The notes: generated from the sequence alone by a model not told the origin. A stretch of DNA of 64,000 nt from Bryobacterales bacterium (GCA_963838885.1 CAWITB010000010.1:5389-69388); one strand, 5' to 3'; positions 47,416 to 59,877 are shown, numbered from the stretch's first letter. Numbers and translations are program-made.

Positions 47416-47991
47416 ATGAGTCAGCAAGAGAATGAACTTCGGATTGAAGGAGTCGTCCGCGCTGCCGGCTACGCCCGCGATGCCCCAGGGAAGCAGTTCC
47501 TCGGAGCGATTATCGAGGGAAGCGACGGAAAAGATTGGGTGATCGACTATAACGAGCAGTCTCCGTTCCATGCGTTCGCCGATCGTCAAGTGCTGGTTTC
47601 CGGTGAACCCTACGAGCCCACGGGACAGAAGCTTATAGGCAGGCGGGGCAAACTAGGGATAGGGCACCTCCGGGTGGCGACTATGCGACTTGTTGAAGTG
47701 ACGCCCGATGCACAGCTTGTGGAAGTCGGAGCCGGGCACCAACTCTCTGGGCGATTCGAGCGGGGAACCAGCGATACGCGAGAATCATCGCTGTCTTTCG
47801 TCACTGAGAAGGGGGACACCTTCTTAATATCTAACGATCCTGCCGGAGCGACCCTTGGTCGCAGTGTCGAGGTCTGGGCTTACCCTGTCCAGCCGTCACC
47901 ATCGATTCTGAGACCTCCCGAGCAGTATCTCTGGATCATCTGCCCATGTTCGTCCGCGGATCTTTGGGAATGGCGCAAACGGCGGTCGTGA
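47416..47991 (+). CDS. hypothetical protein
   Basis: 191-aa ORF in a lower-GC stretch. No motif recognised. Confidence 0.4.
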   Translation: MSQQENELRIEGVVRAAGYARDAPGKQFLGAIIEGSDGKDWVIDYNEQSPFHAFADRQVLVSGEPYEPTGQKLIGRRGKLGIGHLRVATMRLVEVTPDAQLVEVGAGHQLSGRFERGTSDTRESSLSFVTEKGDTFLISNDPAGATLGRSVEVWAYPVQPSPSILRPPEQYLWIICPCSSADLWEWRKRRS

Positions 47992-48189
47992 CCACCAGGG
48001 TTTTACGTACTCCCGTTGCGTGGCCACCGGGAGCGGGATTCCGGTTGCAGGGGTAAGCCAACGTTACCAGTTACGGTCGCGGCGCATCACGCACGCTTAC
48101 CGAAACCTCACGCTGATCTTGCGCTTTTGGGCGTTCTGGCTCAGCTCATCGCCCAAGCGCGAGCAAACCGTTTGCGCGCCAATGACATC

Positions 48190-49743
48190 CTACTTCTCGA
48201 GCAGGAAATTGCCGATAAAGAGCGCGTCTATCCCGGAGGAATAGAAGCTCCGCACCGCATCGCGCGGCGTGCAGACCAGGGGATCGCCGAATAAATTGAA
48301 GCTGGTGTTGTAGAGAACAGGCAGACCAGAGGCCTTCCCAGCCGCATGTAGCAGACGATGATACAGGGGATTATCTTCCCGCGCGACCGTGTGGACGCGG
48401 ATTATGCCATTGTCCATCACGGCGGCTTCAAAGGTCTTGCGGTGGCGTTCGCGGACGCGGCCGGCCGTGGCCAAATAACGCGCATTCGGCCCGGTTTCAA
48501 AATATTCGCTCGCAATCTCGGCCGGGACGGATGCCGCGAATTTGCGAAAAGGTTCGCGATGTTTGATATAGCGATTCAGGTTTTCGGTCGAATACGGGTT
48601 CGAGGGCGACGCCAGAATGCTTCGATTGCCAAGCGCACGCGGGCCAAACTCCATGCGGCCCTGCATCCACGCCACAATTTTCTGGTCTTCAATCTGGCCG
48701 ACGGCGCAGTCGATCAGCTCGTCCGTGGCGGGCAGAAAACGAAACCGCAATTTGCAGTTCTCGAGCACCTGCTTGATCTCCTCCAAGCTATAGCCGGGCC
48801 CCAGACATAGATCGTTGAGCGAGGCGCGCCGCTTCTCGCCGTAAACGTTGTGCCAGGCGTGGAACACCGCTCCCAGGGCCGCGCCGGCGTTGCCTGCCGC
48901 CGGTTGCACGAAAACATCTCTAGTCCGCTCGAGCGCGCTCACCAACAACGCGTTCAACGCCACGCCCCCCGCGAGGCAAAGGCGCGGCGAATCGCCCGCC
49001 ATGCGAAGGACGGCGCGCTCCACGGCGCGTTGCAAGCCCGCGGCGAGCGGGGCTTTTATCGCTTCGGGAATTACGGCTTCGTCGTCAAGGCCGAGACTGC
49101 GATAAAACTTACCGCTGAAACCCCCGCCACGCAGACGGCCGGAATCGAAAAAACTGCGGTCCAGCGCCGGCCAGTCGCCCTGGCCCAGGATTTCCTCGAA
49201 GAGTAGAATGTACGCTTCCCCGGGCTCACAAGCCGAGAGCCACTGCACCTTGTGCTCGTCCTGTTGCGCGCTATACCCGAGCAGCTCCGTTACTCGGCCG
49301 TAAAGCTCGCCGAGCGAATCGGGGAAGTAGGCGTCTTGCTCCAGTTGCAGCCGGTTGTGAGCGGCGCGCCAGCGCGCGGCGGAGCGGAAGTCGCCATCGC
49401 GGTCCAGCGTGAGCACCGTCGCATCCTCGAACGGCGAGGGATAAAATGCCGAAGCCGCGTGGGCCGCGTGGTGCTCCACCATGATGACGTGCGCGTTCTC
49501 GAATTCGGATCGCACCGTCATGTGCAGTTCCTGCGCGAACGGCCGGACCAGCGCCACGCAATCGACATCGGAGGCGCGCACTTCCGCGAGCCGCAGCGAT
49601 TCCGCTATGGCCGCCCGCGGCAGCGCTCCCGGCTGGATGCGGCGCGCGATCTTGTGCTGCTCGACGGCGGCCGTGAGCGTTCCGTCCTTGAGCACCGCGC
49701 AGGCCGGGTCGTTGTACAGACCGCCCAGACCGGCGACGATCAT
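48190..49743 (-). CDS. carbamoyltransferase (NodU/CmcH family)
   Basis: 517 aa; [17 protein letters not shown]...[17 protein letters not shown]...[18 protein letters not shown] are typical family motifs. ATGA overlap with the glnS stop. Confidence 0.85.
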   Translation of the reverse strand: MIVAGLGGLYNDPACAVLKDGTLTAAVEQHKIARRIQPGALPRAAIAESLRLAEVRASDVDCVALVRPFAQELHMTVRSEFENAHVIMVEHHAAHAASAFYPSPFEDATVLTLDRDGDFRSAARWRAAHNRLQLEQDAYFPDSLGELYGRVTELLGYSAQQDEHKVQWLSACEPGEAYILLFEEILGQGDWPALDRSFFDSGRLRGGGFSGKFYRSLGLDDEAVIPEAIKAPLAAGLQRAVERAVLRMAGDSPRLCLAGGVALNALLVSALERTRDVFVQPAAGNAGAALGAVFHAWHNVYGEKRRASLNDLCLGPGYSLEEIKQVLENCKLRFRFLPATDELIDCAVGQIEDQKIVAWMQGRMEFGPRALGNRSILASPSNPYSTENLNRYIKHREPFRKFAASVPAEIASEYFETGPNARYLATAGRVRERHRKTFEAAVMDNGIIRVHTVAREDNPLYHRLLHAAGKASGLPVLYNTSFNLFGDPLVCTPRDAVRSFYSSGIDALFIGNFLLEK

Positions 49744-51458
49744 TTCGATTTCTTCTCGATCTTGGCCCAGGCATCGCGCAGCGCTACCGTGCGGATGAAG
49801 ATGGGCCGTTGCGGCGTGGAATCGTAGTCAACGCAGAAATATCCCAGGCGCTCGAATTGAAAGCGCGCGCCGGGCGGGGCGTCGCGCAGACTTGGCTCCA
49901 GCTTCGCGTTAGAAACCGTTTCCAGCGAGTTCGGGTTCAGGTTGGACGTGAAATCCGCGCCCTCTGGGACGTCGTCCGGATCTTCCTTGGTGAAAAGGTT
50001 TTCGTATAACCGCACCTCAGCATCAATGGCGTGAGCGGCCGAGACCCAGTGAATCGTCGATTTCACCTTACGCTTGTCCGGGGCATCCCCGCCTCGCGTG
50101 GCCGGATCGTAAGAGCAGTGGATTTCGACGACCTCGCCGGTCTTTTCGTCCTTCACGACGCTCGTGCAAGTGATGAAATAGCCATAGCGAAGGCGCACCT
50201 CGCGCCCCGGCGAGAGCCTGTAGAACTGCTTAGGCGGATCTTCGCGGAAATCGTCCTGCTCGATATAGAGCACTCGCGCAAACGGCACGGCCCGCGCGCC
50301 GGCGGTCGCGTCTTCGGGATTGTTGACGGCCTCCATCAACTCGACCTGCGACTCCGGGTAATTGTCGATGACGACGCGCAACGGCTTGAGCACCGCCATG
50401 ACGCGCGGAGCGCGCTTGTTTAAATCGTCGCGGACGAAGTATTCCAAAAGGGAAAGCTCGGTCGTCCCGTTGGTCTTCGAAATGCCTATGCGCCGGCAGA
50501 AATTCCGGATCGCTTCCGGCGTATAGCCGCGGCGGCGCATTCCGGAGATCGTGGGCATGCGCGGATCATCCCACCCATTCACGTATTTCTTTTGGACCAG
50601 CGTCAGCAACTTGCGCTTGCTCAGCAGGGTATAGGTGACGTTCAACCGGTCGAATTCGATTTGCCGCGGACGATAAATGCCGAGCTGCTCGAGGAACCAA
50701 TCGTAAAGGGGGCGATGGTCCTCGAATTCGAGCGTGCAGATGGAGTGCGTGATGTGTTCGATTGAGTCCGATTGGCCATGCGCGAAGTCGTACATGGGAT
50801 AGATGGGCCATGCCGCGCCAGTGCGGTGATGCTCGGCGTGAAGGATGCGGTACATGATGGGATCGCGCAGATTGAGATTGGGCGATGCCATGTCGATTTT
50901 CGCGCGCAGCGTCCGCGCTCCGTCGGGGAATTCGCCCGCCCTCATGCGCTCGAACAGGTCGAGATTTTCCTCCAGCGAACGGTGGCGATAGGGGCTCTCC
51001 CGCCCCGCTTCGGTCAGCGTACCGCGCTGCGCCCGCACCTCCTCGGCGGTAAGATCGCACACGTATGCTTTGCCCGCTTTGATCAGTTGCACGGCCCACT
51101 CATAGAGCTGCCCGAAATAATCCGAAGCGTAGAACAGGCGCCCCTCCCAATCGCCGCCCAGCCAGGCCACGTCTTCGACTATCGAATCGACGTACTCGGT
51201 CGCCTCCTTTTCCGGATTCGTATCGTCGAAGCGCAGGTTGCATTTTCCGCCGAATTCGGCGGCGAGGCCGAAATTCAGATGAATGGATTTGGCGTGCCCG
51301 ATATGCAGATAGCCGTTCGGCTCCGGCGGAAAGCGCGTGTGTACGCGCCCTCCATACTTATTGGAGCCGAGGTCCTCGATGATAATGTCCCGAATGAAAT
51401 TCGAAGGCGCCGTTGCATCGATAGAGATGGCCGCGGGATCGTTGGTTGGTATCGTCAT
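49740..51458 (-). CDS. glnS: glutamine--tRNA ligase
   Basis: [19 protein letters not shown] (HIGH), LSKRKL (KMSKS-like), C-terminal anticodon-binding beta-barrels. Start placed at ATG 51458 (MTIPTNDP). Confidence 0.9.
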   Translation of the reverse strand: MTIPTNDPAAISIDATAPSNFIRDIIIEDLGSNKYGGRVHTRFPPEPNGYLHIGHAKSIHLNFGLAAEFGGKCNLRFDDTNPEKEATEYVDSIVEDVAWLGGDWEGRLFYASDYFGQLYEWAVQLIKAGKAYVCDLTAEEVRAQRGTLTEAGRESPYRHRSLEENLDLFERMRAGEFPDGARTLRAKIDMASPNLNLRDPIMYRILHAEHHRTGAAWPIYPMYDFAHGQSDSIEHITHSICTLEFEDHRPLYDWFLEQLGIYRPRQIEFDRLNVTYTLLSKRKLLTLVQKKYVNGWDDPRMPTISGMRRRGYTPEAIRNFCRRIGISKTNGTTELSLLEYFVRDDLNKRAPRVMAVLKPLRVVIDNYPESQVELMEAVNNPEDATAGARAVPFARVLYIEQDDFREDPPKQFYRLSPGREVRLRYGYFITCTSVVKDEKTGEVVEIHCSYDPATRGGDAPDKRKVKSTIHWVSAAHAIDAEVRLYENLFTKEDPDDVPEGADFTSNLNPNSLETVSNAKLEPSLRDAPPGARFQFERLGYFCVDYDSTPQRPIFIRTVALRDAWAKIEKKSK

Positions 51459-51465
51459 GATGTCG

Positions 51466-52905
51466 CTATTGCAGCTTTTCGAGCGCCTGGCCGATGCGCT
51501 TGAGACACGTTTCGCGTCCCAGGACCTCCAAGGTTTCAAAAAGCGGCGGCGCGTTCTTGCGTCCGCACACGGCCACGCGGATTGGCTGGAACATCTGGCC
51601 GGTTTTTACTTTCATCTCCTGGGCAGCGGCGCGCAAGGCGGCATCGAGCGACTGATGCGTGAAATCCGGGATTGTGGCGAGGGTCTCTTGCGCGCGCCGC
51701 AGGACGCTCCGTGCCATCGCTGCGTCGCCCTTCTGCGGGACCAGCTCGGCCGGGTCGTAGGGCGCAAGCTCGCCGACGAAGAAGAAGTCCGCAACGGTCG
51801 CTACGTCGCTCAATAACCGCACTCGTTCCTGGATCAACGGCGTTACGCGCCGCAATTTCTCCGCATCGGCGTTCAGCCCGGCCTGAAGCGCAAACGGCAG
51901 CAACTCCGCCGCGAGCTCAGCCGCCGGCATGGCGCGAATCGTTTCAGCGTTCAACCACAGCGCCTTGGGGTCGAACGGATCCTCTTCCTTGAAATTCACG
52001 ACCGCGTTGCTGCGATTGATTCCCTCGAATGAAAACAGCTCGACCAGCTCCTGCAGGCTCAAGACCTCCCTGTCGTTCTTCGGCGACCAACCCAACAGAC
52101 TCAGAAAATTGATGAAGGCGTGCGGCAGAAAGCCGGCGTCGCGATACGTCGTCACGCTCACAACCGGACCATGCTTGCGCTTCGACAACTTCGCTCCGTC
52201 GGGCGCGATCAGGAGCGGCAGGTGGGCGAATTGCGGAGGCTGCGCGCCGGCCGCTTCGAAAATCAGCGCGTGCTTGAACGTGTTCGCAAGGTGATCCTGG
52301 CCGCGGACAATGTGAGTGATCCGCAGATCGATATCGTCGGCGCAGGAGGCCATGTGATACGTCGGCAGCCCACTGCTGCGCAGCAGCGCGAAGTCCTCGA
52401 TATCGGAGGTCGATTTCGACTGCGCCCCGTAAACGGCGTCGTGGAAACAGACGCTCGCGACCGTTTCCCGTGGAACCTTGAAACGGAGCACGAACGGCTC
52501 GCCCGCCGCCGCGCGGCGACCGCTCTCTTCGCGGCTCATCGCGCGCATCGCGGGATCGAACAGCCACGCTCCCGCTTCATGCGATCTCTCCTCCGCTTCG
52601 ACCGCGGCGGGAGTGAAATCGCGGTACGCCAGTCCTTTTTCGAAGATGGTCCACGCCGCGCGCCGATGCAATTCGATCCGCTCGGATTGGCGATATTGCT
52701 CATCCCACGGCAACTCCAGCCAACGCAGGCCCTCAAAGATGGAATCGAGCGAGGCTTGCGTGTTGCGGTCCACGTCGGTGTCGTCGATGCGCAGGACCAT
52801 GGCGCCCTTGTTGTGGCGCGCATAAAGCCAATTGAAGATGAACGTTCTCGCACCGCCGATATGCAAAAACCCCGTCGGCGAAGGCGCGAAGCGCAGTCGA
52901 ACCAT
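51466..52905 (-). CDS. gltX: glutamate--tRNA ligase
   Basis: [18 protein letters not shown] (HIGH), KLSKRKHG (KMSKS), 479 aa. Confidence 0.9.
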   Translation of the reverse strand: MVRLRFAPSPTGFLHIGGARTFIFNWLYARHNKGAMVLRIDDTDVDRNTQASLDSIFEGLRWLELPWDEQYRQSERIELHRRAAWTIFEKGLAYRDFTPAAVEAEERSHEAGAWLFDPAMRAMSREESGRRAAAGEPFVLRFKVPRETVASVCFHDAVYGAQSKSTSDIEDFALLRSSGLPTYHMASCADDIDLRITHIVRGQDHLANTFKHALIFEAAGAQPPQFAHLPLLIAPDGAKLSKRKHGPVVSVTTYRDAGFLPHAFINFLSLLGWSPKNDREVLSLQELVELFSFEGINRSNAVVNFKEEDPFDPKALWLNAETIRAMPAAELAAELLPFALQAGLNADAEKLRRVTPLIQERVRLLSDVATVADFFFVGELAPYDPAELVPQKGDAAMARSVLRRAQETLATIPDFTHQSLDAALRAAAQEMKVKTGQMFQPIRVAVCGRKNAPPLFETLEVLGRETCLKRIGQALEKLQ

Positions 52906-52990
52906 TTAATGTTCAGGATAACAGCGGCATTCCCCACGATTGCCGATCCGCTCGATCGGGTAAGGCGTAATATGATGAACCCAAGTCCAG

Positions 52991-53806
52991 ATGAAGCCCG
53001 TCGCCTTCGCGCTATTGTGTCTTTTCGCCATCGCTTTTGCGCAACCGCCGATCCCCGATGACAGTGTCTGGAGGGACTTCACGAGCTGGTTGCAAAGGCA
53101 GCCGCCAAATAGTAAACCCGGTGATTTGATTCGTTCCTATCAGGAGAGCCTCCTTGCACAGGGAATACCCGGCGAGGAAGTCCGGCGGCGGATGGGAGTT
53201 GTTTCGAATTCGATTTTCACGCGCCGAAAGGGAATCGAGCTTCTTTGGGATAAGGTCTACGCGGGAAACGACCCAATCTTCATCCAGAGTCCAAGCGCCG
53301 TGGTGATGAGCGCCATCGACGGGCGAAAGCCCGGCAAAGCGCTGGATGTCGGGATGGGTCAGGGCCGGAACTCAGTTTATCTCGCGGCGCAGGGGTGGGA
53401 CGTCACTGGCTTCGACCCGTCTGGCGAGGCGATTCGTATGGCCCGCTCCAACGCCGAAAAGGCCGGGGTGAAGATCCGCGCTCTGATCGCGAGAGACGAC
53501 GAGTTCGAGTACGGCTCGGGTGTATGGGACCTGATTGTCATGACCTATGTACGTGACTTGACTAAAGACGACGCCGAGCGCTTCTGGAAGGCTCTGAAGC
53601 CAGGTGGAATTCTCGTCTATGAAAACGGAGCTGATGAAAGCAACTCGGTTTTGAGAGCGTTCCTGGGATATCAAATCATCCGCTTCGAGGACATTCTGAC
53701 GACTCCAGAATGGAATCCGGGAAACCGAATTCGTGTTCAGCGGATGATTGCCCAGAAAACACTCAGAAATTCCGTAGCGCCTGGCGCGCCTGAACGGCGG
53801 CATTAG
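52991..53806 (+). CDS. class I SAM-dependent methyltransferase with N-terminal signal peptide/extra domain
   Basis: KALDVGMGQGRNSVYLAAQGWDVTGFDPS is SAM-binding motif I (TehB-like). Signal-like MKPVAFALLCLFAIAFAQ. Confidence 0.7.
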   Translation: MKPVAFALLCLFAIAFAQPPIPDDSVWRDFTSWLQRQPPNSKPGDLIRSYQESLLAQGIPGEEVRRRMGVVSNSIFTRRKGIELLWDKVYAGNDPIFIQSPSAVVMSAIDGRKPGKALDVGMGQGRNSVYLAAQGWDVTGFDPSGEAIRMARSNAEKAGVKIRALIARDDEFEYGSGVWDLIVMTYVRDLTKDDAERFWKALKPGGILVYENGADESNSVLRAFLGYQIIRFEDILTTPEWNPGNRIRVQRMIAQKTLRNSVAPGAPERRH

Positions 53807-54899
53807 CGGCCTCTTCGGCCGTCGGTTTCAGAGCCGTAACATGTCCCATCTTCCGCCCGGCGCGCGGTTCAAGCTTGCCGTAGAGATGGAGAGCGACGTC
53901 CGGTATCGCAACTGCCGCCGGCCAATTGGGCTCCGTCGGCATCCACAGGTCTCCTAACAGGTTCGCCATCGCGGCCGGCCGTATCAGTTCCGTCGAACCG
54001 AGCGGCAGCCCGCAGACGGCCCGTAGCTGCTGCTCGAATTGGCTCGTCATGCAGGCGTCAATGGTCAGATGGCCAGAGTTGTGGGGGCGCGGCGCAAGCT
54101 CGTTCACCAATAGGCCGCCGCCGCCCTTCACGAAAAACTCGACGCACAGCACGCCAATCACTTGGAGCTTTTCCAAAATGCAGCGCGCGATCTCGACGGC
54201 TTCGCGGGCCGCCCTTGGGCCCACGCGCGCGGGCGCGATCGAAAGGTCCAGAATACGACGTCTGTGGCGGTTCTCGATGACGCCCCAATGCACGAAATCG
54301 CCCCCGGCCGATCGCGCCGCGACCACCGAAACCTCGCAGGAAAAATCGATGAAAGACTCGAGCACGGCCTCCTGGCGGCCCACGGCGTCCCACGCTGCGG
54401 CGGCATCCGCCGCCGATTGCAACTTGAACTGGTTCTTACCGTCGTAACCGAAGGAGGCGGATTTTAGAACCGCGGGCGCGCCGAGCTCCGCGATAGCGCG
54501 CCGCAGATCTTCGATCGAGCGCACTTCGCGATAGGGAGTCACGGGCAGACCGGCGCCACTCAGAAACGCTTTTTCGCGGATGCGCTGCTGCGTCGTATGC
54601 AGGATCGAGCCGCTGGGCCGCACCGGGGCGCAGCGCTCGGCGGCGGCGGCCGTCGGACCCGGCACATTCTCAAATTCAAAAGTCACCACGCTGACTTGCT
54701 TGGCGAACGCGCATACCCGATCGAGATCGTCGTAAGCGGCCGTAACCTCGACGTCCGCGACTTGGCCCGTGGGAGTGTCGGAATCCGGCGAGTAGGTGTG
54801 AACGCGGTAGCCCATGCGGCGCGCCGCGATGGTAAACATGCGTCCCAGTTGGCCGCTGCCGAGCACGCCGATGGTGGCGCCGGGAAGAACCGGCTTCAT
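53763..54899 (-). CDS. purK: 5-(carboxyamino)imidazole ribonucleotide synthase
   Basis: [13 protein letters not shown]..., ATP-grasp body, [12 protein letters not shown] motif. ATGA overlap with purE. Confidence 0.9.
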   Translation of the reverse strand: MKPVLPGATIGVLGSGQLGRMFTIAARRMGYRVHTYSPDSDTPTGQVADVEVTAAYDDLDRVCAFAKQVSVVTFEFENVPGPTAAAAERCAPVRPSGSILHTTQQRIREKAFLSGAGLPVTPYREVRSIEDLRRAIAELGAPAVLKSASFGYDGKNQFKLQSAADAAAAWDAVGRQEAVLESFIDFSCEVSVVAARSAGGDFVHWGVIENRHRRRILDLSIAPARVGPRAAREAVEIARCILEKLQVIGVLCVEFFVKGGGGLLVNELAPRPHNSGHLTIDACMTSQFEQQLRAVCGLPLGSTELIRPAAMANLLGDLWMPTEPNWPAAVAIPDVALHLYGKLEPRAGRKMGHVTALKPTAEEAANAAVQARQALRNF

Positions 54900-55378
54900 G
54901 GCAGCTCTTCGGCGCTCACGCGCGCGGCCTGCTCCTCGCGAAAGAGGCGCAGCTTTTCGCGCAGGCCGGCATCGTGATTCGACAAGATTGCGATCGCCAA
55001 TAGCGCCGCATTGCGCGCCCCGGGGGCTCCGATGGCCAGCGTTCCCACGGGAACGCCCCCCGGCATCTGCACGATCGACAAGAGCGAATCGAGGCCCTTC
55101 AGAGCATGGCTTTCAACTGGAACGCCGAGCACCGGCAGAAGCGTATTGGCCGCCACCATGCCGGGCAGATGAGCGGCCCCGCCCGCTCCCGCGATGATCA
55201 TCTGTAAGCCGCGCGATTCCGCCGCGACGGCATATTCCATCATCCAGCGCGGCGTGCGGTGCGCCGAAACGATCCTCTTCTCGTGCGCCACGCCGAAGCT
55301 CGCGAGCGTCTCGGCCGCATGGCGCATGGTCTCCCAATCGGACTTGCTGCCCATGATTATGCCGACGAGGGGCTGCAT
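54896..55378 (-). CDS. purE: 5-(carboxyamino)imidazole ribonucleotide mutase
   Basis: [14 protein letters not shown]..., VSAHRTP..., [16 protein letters not shown]... are canonical PurE motifs. Confidence 0.9.
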   Translation of the reverse strand: MQPLVGIIMGSKSDWETMRHAAETLASFGVAHEKRIVSAHRTPRWMMEYAVAAESRGLQMIIAGAGGAAHLPGMVAANTLLPVLGVPVESHALKGLDSLLSIVQMPGGVPVGTLAIGAPGARNAALLAIAILSNHDAGLREKLRLFREEQAARVSAEELP

Positions 55379-55391
55379 CGCGCACGCAGAA

Positions 55392-56840
55392 TTACTGCCC
55401 TTGCGCCAGCGTGTAGCCGGGCTGGCCGTCGTAGCTCCGCAAGCTTTCCGTTTTCACGATATCGAGGCCCTGGTCGAGCACGCGCCCGAGCAGCGCCAGC
55501 GTCTGACGCGATGTTACGCCGTTGGCGCCCGTGAAACGGCAGCGGAAGCTTTCGGTGCAGAACGTCTCCGGCATGCCGTCGGGCCAGACTTTGACGCCGC
55601 GGTTGTCGATCATGGTGAGATTCAGGCCCTCGCCGTTTGCTTTCTCGACGGTTTCGGCCAGCCGCTTCGGATCGAGCGAAGGCCACGCTACATAGATATC
55701 GATTCCATCGAGACTGGTATCGGCGGCCCGCCGGGCAGCCTGTTCGGGGCGCGCCGCTTTCGAGGGCGCCGCCCGGTAATGGGCGGGTTTCAGCGTGTGC
55801 GGCGTTTTGCCGAGGCGATCGACGACGGCTTGCGCGAACTCCTTCGTCCCGACCTTCTGCTTACTCTGGCCTTCGGTGTAGACGTCGTAGGTATGAACGC
55901 CGTCTTCCATCGTCGCGAGCCAGGCGTTGTGAACGCGCTCCGCCACATCGTGCTGTTCGATATGCACCAGCATCAGCACGGCTCCCAGCAGCAGTCCCGA
56001 GGGATTGGCGAGATTCTGGCCGGCGCGGCGCGGCGCCGAGCCGTGAATCGCTTCGAACATGGCGCATTGCGTGCCCACGTTCGAAGAGCCCGCCAAGCCC
56101 ACCGATCCGGCAATCTGCGCCGCCACATCGGAGAGAATATCGCCGTAGAGGTTCGGCATTACGAGCACATCGAACGCTTCCGGCGTATCGGCCATTTTCG
56201 CGGCGCCGATGTCCACAATCCAGTGTTCCTTCTCGATCTCCGGATAATCCCGGCCGATCTCGTCGAACACCTTGTGGAAGAGACCGTCGGTCATCTTCAT
56301 GATGTTGTCTTTGGTGAAGCACGTCACCTTCTTGCGGTTGTGCCGCAGCGCATATTCGAAGGCGTAGCGTACGATCTTCTCGGAGCCAGGCCGGGTAATC
56401 AGCTTGAGACACTCGACGACGTTTTCACTCAGGCGGTACTCCATGCCGGCGTAGGTGTCCTCTTCGTTTTCCCGCACCACGACCAGGTCCATGCCGGGAT
56501 GCTTCGTCTTCACAAACGGGTAATAGGCAACGCAGGGACGCACGTTGGCGTAGAGGCCCAGCATCTTGCGCGTGGTGACGTTGAGGCTCTTGAACCCGCC
56601 GCCCTGAGGAGTCGTGATCGGCGCTTTCAGAAATACCTTGGTGCGCCGCAGCGATTCCCATGCGCTTGGCTCGATGCCGGCGGAGTTGCCGCGCAGATAC
56701 ACCTTCTCGCCGATCTCAATGACTTCGGTTTCGATCCGCGCGCCGGCTGCCTCTAGAATGTGGAGCGTCGCCGCCATGATCTCCGGGCCGATGCCGTCGC
56801 CGTAGGCGACCGTGATGGGAGTTCGAGTAGCCATGGTCAA
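55392..56840 (-). CDS. icd: NADP-dependent isocitrate dehydrogenase (long form with C-terminal extra domain)
   Basis: Isocitrate/isopropylmalate dehydrogenase family motifs ([26 protein letters not shown]). 482 aa, with about 130 extra C-terminal residues as in Thermus-type ICDH. Confidence 0.85.
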   Translation of the reverse strand: MTMATRTPITVAYGDGIGPEIMAATLHILEAAGARIETEVIEIGEKVYLRGNSAGIEPSAWESLRRTKVFLKAPITTPQGGGFKSLNVTTRKMLGLYANVRPCVAYYPFVKTKHPGMDLVVVRENEEDTYAGMEYRLSENVVECLKLITRPGSEKIVRYAFEYALRHNRKKVTCFTKDNIMKMTDGLFHKVFDEIGRDYPEIEKEHWIVDIGAAKMADTPEAFDVLVMPNLYGDILSDVAAQIAGSVGLAGSSNVGTQCAMFEAIHGSAPRRAGQNLANPSGLLLGAVLMLVHIEQHDVAERVHNAWLATMEDGVHTYDVYTEGQSKQKVGTKEFAQAVVDRLGKTPHTLKPAHYRAAPSKAARPEQAARRAADTSLDGIDIYVAWPSLDPKRLAETVEKANGEGLNLTMIDNRGVKVWPDGMPETFCTESFRCRFTGANGVTSRQTLALLGRVLDQGLDIVKTESLRSYDGQPGYTLAQGQ

Positions 56841-57091
56841 GGGAAAACTAAAGGTAGCACTCCGCCGCGGCGAAGTTGCGGAAGGCGCCGAGGAGGAAGT
56901 CTGAAGGCGGGCGGGAACGGCGAACGTGTTGCAGATGCAGCGATCGGGAGAATCGGTGGACGCCCTCCGGATTGCGGAACGACGTCCGCAGCTGGTGACG
57001 GTAATGTTCGGGTGCGGAATCAGAGCGGCCGGCGTTCAGGTCCGCGGCGAATCGACCGGTTTAGAGGTCTGGGGCCATGTCCGAGCAGAGT

Positions 57092-57454
57092 CTAGTCAGT
57101 GGGGTCGGCCAGACAGGCGGACCGGCGGCGCCACGTCAGAGATGATTGAACATACTGGCGAGAGGAGATCTCGCCCAGGGCGCCGGCAGCGACTTCTATC
57201 ACCGAGGACCGAGCGCGCGACACGAACGTGAAAGCCTTTTGCCCGTTGAAGCCGACGCCGGCGACATAGAGAGAGCCTTGAGCGTCGAGGGCAATCGCGG
57301 TTAGGCGCGGAGATTGCGATTCGGGCATCTGAACCGGCGTCTCGGTAGGCGGGCCAATCGGATCCGCGATCCGCGCCACGTAACCTTGCCCGGCGCGCTG
57401 TCCGGCGACGTAGATGGCGCCGATGTTTCCCCTTGTAACGGCAGCTAATTGCAC
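57092..57454 (-). pseudogene. possible remnant of a beta-propeller repeat (SBBP/NHL-like) protein
   Basis: Repeated ...GAIYVAGQ... / ...GSLYVAGVGFNG... strands in a 120-aa ORF with no credible start context. Neighbouring frames hold further short fragments. Confidence 0.25.
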
Positions 57455-57887
57455 ATCGACGGGGAAGACGACTTCCGCGCGATGTTTGGCGCAAGGAGAC
57501 AGGCCGCCAAGAGCGTGGAGATCCTGTAGCGCTCAACAATGTTTGCCTAGATCTAACATCAACGTGGCAAGACTTGCCTTCCATCGCGCCGTCAGCGCCC
57601 ATGCAGGCTTCCATCAAGGCAATCGCCTGGCTGAGCGACACTCATTGAAAGCATGCAGCTCTTGAGGGCGGTCCGCGAGCGACCGAGAATCGAATAACTG
57701 CAAGATTTCTTCATGCGTCCCTAGCCCGCCAAGGGACGTGTCATCGGCCGATCTCAATGCAACTGAAATCTCGAGATCGCTTGCAATGACGGCGGTCATT
57801 CCGGGAATCGCCATGGTGAGATTGGGAGGCGTTGACGCACGGTGAAATGGCCTCTATAAATCTTCCCAAATTCAGCGAGGCAAAACA

Positions 57888-58823
57888 ATGAAGAAAATCG
57901 CCGCCGTCCTTAGCCTGCTCGCTCTGCCTGCAGTGCACGCGGCCGGGCAGCCGCAGCGCCCGAAGATTCTGGGTATTGCTCACATGGCGTTCTACGTTTC
58001 CGATCTCGCGAAGGCACGGATGTTCTGGACGGACTTCCTCGGTTACCAGGAATGCTTCAACCTGAAGCGCAAGGACAGTAACGACGTTCGTATCGCCTTT
58101 ATAAAGATCAACGATACCCAATATGTCGAGTTATTCGCGGAGAAGCCGCGCACCGCGGGCGTAATGCTGAATCATATCTCGTTCTATACCGAAAACGCGG
58201 ATGCGATGCGGGACTATCTCGCGGCCGAAGGCGTCAAAGTTCCCGATAAGGTAGGCAAGGGGAAGACCGGCAACAAGAACTTCAATATTACGGACCCGGA
58301 CGGTAACATCGTCGAGATTGTCGAATATGAGCCCGATAGCTGGACCGCGCGCGAGATCGGGAAATTTATGCCGGAGGCGCGAATCTCCGATCACATCCGG
58401 CACGTGGGCGTGAAGATCGGTTCGTTGTCGGCGGCAAACGGCTTTTATCACGGTATCCTCGGCTTCCATGAAATCTGGCGCGGCGGCGGCTCGCCAACCG
58501 TTCTGAGCTGGACCAACATGCAGGTTTCCGATGGTTCCGATTATCTGGAATTCATGCTTCAGGGGCCAAATCCCAACCCTTCGAAGAACGGCACGAAAAA
58601 TCATCTCTGTCTGGTGGTTCCGGATTGCCGCCGAGCGGCCGCCATTCTCAAAGCCCGGCCCGCTTCCAAGAATTTCAAGATGGAGGACATGAAGGTCGGC
58701 GTCAATAGAAAGCGCCAGGTCAACCTCTACGATCCGGACGGTTCGCGCGTGGAATTGATGGAGCCGAACACAGTGGATGGCAGGCCCACGCAGCCGTCCA
58801 ACGCTCCGCCGCCTATACAATGA
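57888..58823 (+). CDS. secreted two-domain VOC (glyoxalase/bleomycin resistance/dioxygenase) family protein
   Basis: Signal peptide MKKIAAVLSLLALPAVHA. Two VOC modules (ILGIAHMAFYVSDL...HISFYTEN... and IRHVGVKIGSL...HLCLVVPD...DPDGSRVELME). Confidence 0.75.
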   Translation: MKKIAAVLSLLALPAVHAAGQPQRPKILGIAHMAFYVSDLAKARMFWTDFLGYQECFNLKRKDSNDVRIAFIKINDTQYVELFAEKPRTAGVMLNHISFYTENADAMRDYLAAEGVKVPDKVGKGKTGNKNFNITDPDGNIVEIVEYEPDSWTAREIGKFMPEARISDHIRHVGVKIGSLSAANGFYHGILGFHEIWRGGGSPTVLSWTNMQVSDGSDYLEFMLQGPNPNPSKNGTKNHLCLVVPDCRRAAAILKARPASKNFKMEDMKVGVNRKRQVNLYDPDGSRVELMEPNTVDGRPTQPSNAPPPIQ

Positions 58824-58869
58824 TCGGCGTGTTGGACCAACGATCGCGAAAACACGCGGAATGGCCGAC

Positions 58870-59037
58870 GCAAGGACGCGTTGGCTTAAAGGCCCAGCAT
58901 CTCGCGCGTTGGGGTGGTGAGAAGTCTTGAGATGTTCCTGAAGCACCCATTACGAGTCCCAGGGCGGCGGGTTCAATAGCATCGGTTTCGATCCGCGCGC
59001 CGGCCGCATCTGGAATCGAGAGCCGTCGCCGCCATGG
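58870..59037 (-). pseudogene. scrambled fragments derived from the 5-prime part of icd
   Basis: 58870-58930 resembles 56532-56593 (direct). 58947-58977 is the reverse complement of about 56590-56620. 58981-59037 resembles 56724-56779 (direct). Aligned by eye at roughly 80-90 percent identity. Confidence 0.6.
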
Positions 59038-59387
59038 CTAGGCGAACGCAGCAGTTTGGAGCTCATAGGCGTGAACCGCTCGAAACCGATGGAGTGAAAC
59101 GCGGCGGTGATCATCGACGAATTGAGACCACTTGTCGAGAACGGCTCACTCGATCGACCCCGCTGAAAGGCGCCCCTCGACGGATTTGCAGCGGCATAGG
59201 ATTGCGTGCTCGGGCGGCCTAAGATAGTCTAACCGGTATCTTGAAACGACCGCGGAACGCGCGGCCGTTCTTGACGGAGCATCTGTCATTCGGAAAATGA
59301 TCTAACACTTCTTTACAGAGCGCGCGGTAACGGGAGAGCGCTTGCGCACGCTTCTGATTACAGAACCCAACAATCAGGAGACAACCT

Positions 59388-59759
59388 TTGAAAAATACAT
59401 GGATTTACAGAACGCTTGCAGGCGCGCTCTTCGCATCAGCGATGGCGATCAGCGGCTCGGCTGGGCCTATCCCCCAACAGATCAAGGTTACGCTGCCGTA
59501 TCCTGTGATGATCGGCAGCACACAAGCGCCCGCGGGAGAGTACGCGATTCAGGTGCTTAGCGATGCGGCGAGCGGCCCATTAATGCTGTTCTCCTCAAGA
59601 AACGGATTTGCGGTTGAAGCATTCGCGACGGCCATCCCGCTCAATGGCAGGGCAATCAGCTCGAAAACCGAGATCGTGTTGAAGCGGCAGGGAGACACCC
59701 GCGAACTGGATAAGATCCTGGTCGAAGGCCGGGACATCGGTTACGAGTTTCTGAAGTAG
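59388..59759 (+). CDS. hypothetical secreted protein
   Basis: TTG start after CAGGAGA. Signal peptide (TLAGALFASAMAISGSAG). 123 aa. No family recognised. Confidence 0.45.
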   Translation: MKNTWIYRTLAGALFASAMAISGSAGPIPQQIKVTLPYPVMIGSTQAPAGEYAIQVLSDAASGPLMLFSSRNGFAVEAFATAIPLNGRAISSKTEIVLKRQGDTRELDKILVEGRDIGYEFLK

Positions 59760-59877
59760 CTCTACCCTACCCGGGGGCTAATGCGCTTGCTGTCCAGATT
59801 GCTACATGCCGCTCCGACAAACCCCGGTGCTACGTTTGCGGTCACGTCTGCGGGCTCTCAACGCGTTGGCCCTCTCG

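Noticed and set aside
55194-56756. 520-aa ORF on the plus strand opposite icd. Similar long antisense ORFs include 40113..41486, 7135..8394, 3363..4154, 11552..12340, 20891..21706, 52120..53061 and 43291..43965.
   Set aside because: These are shadow ORFs typical of high-GC DNA. Their Arg/Ala/Gly/Pro-rich composition has no motifs, and each fully overlaps a strongly supported gene on the other strand.
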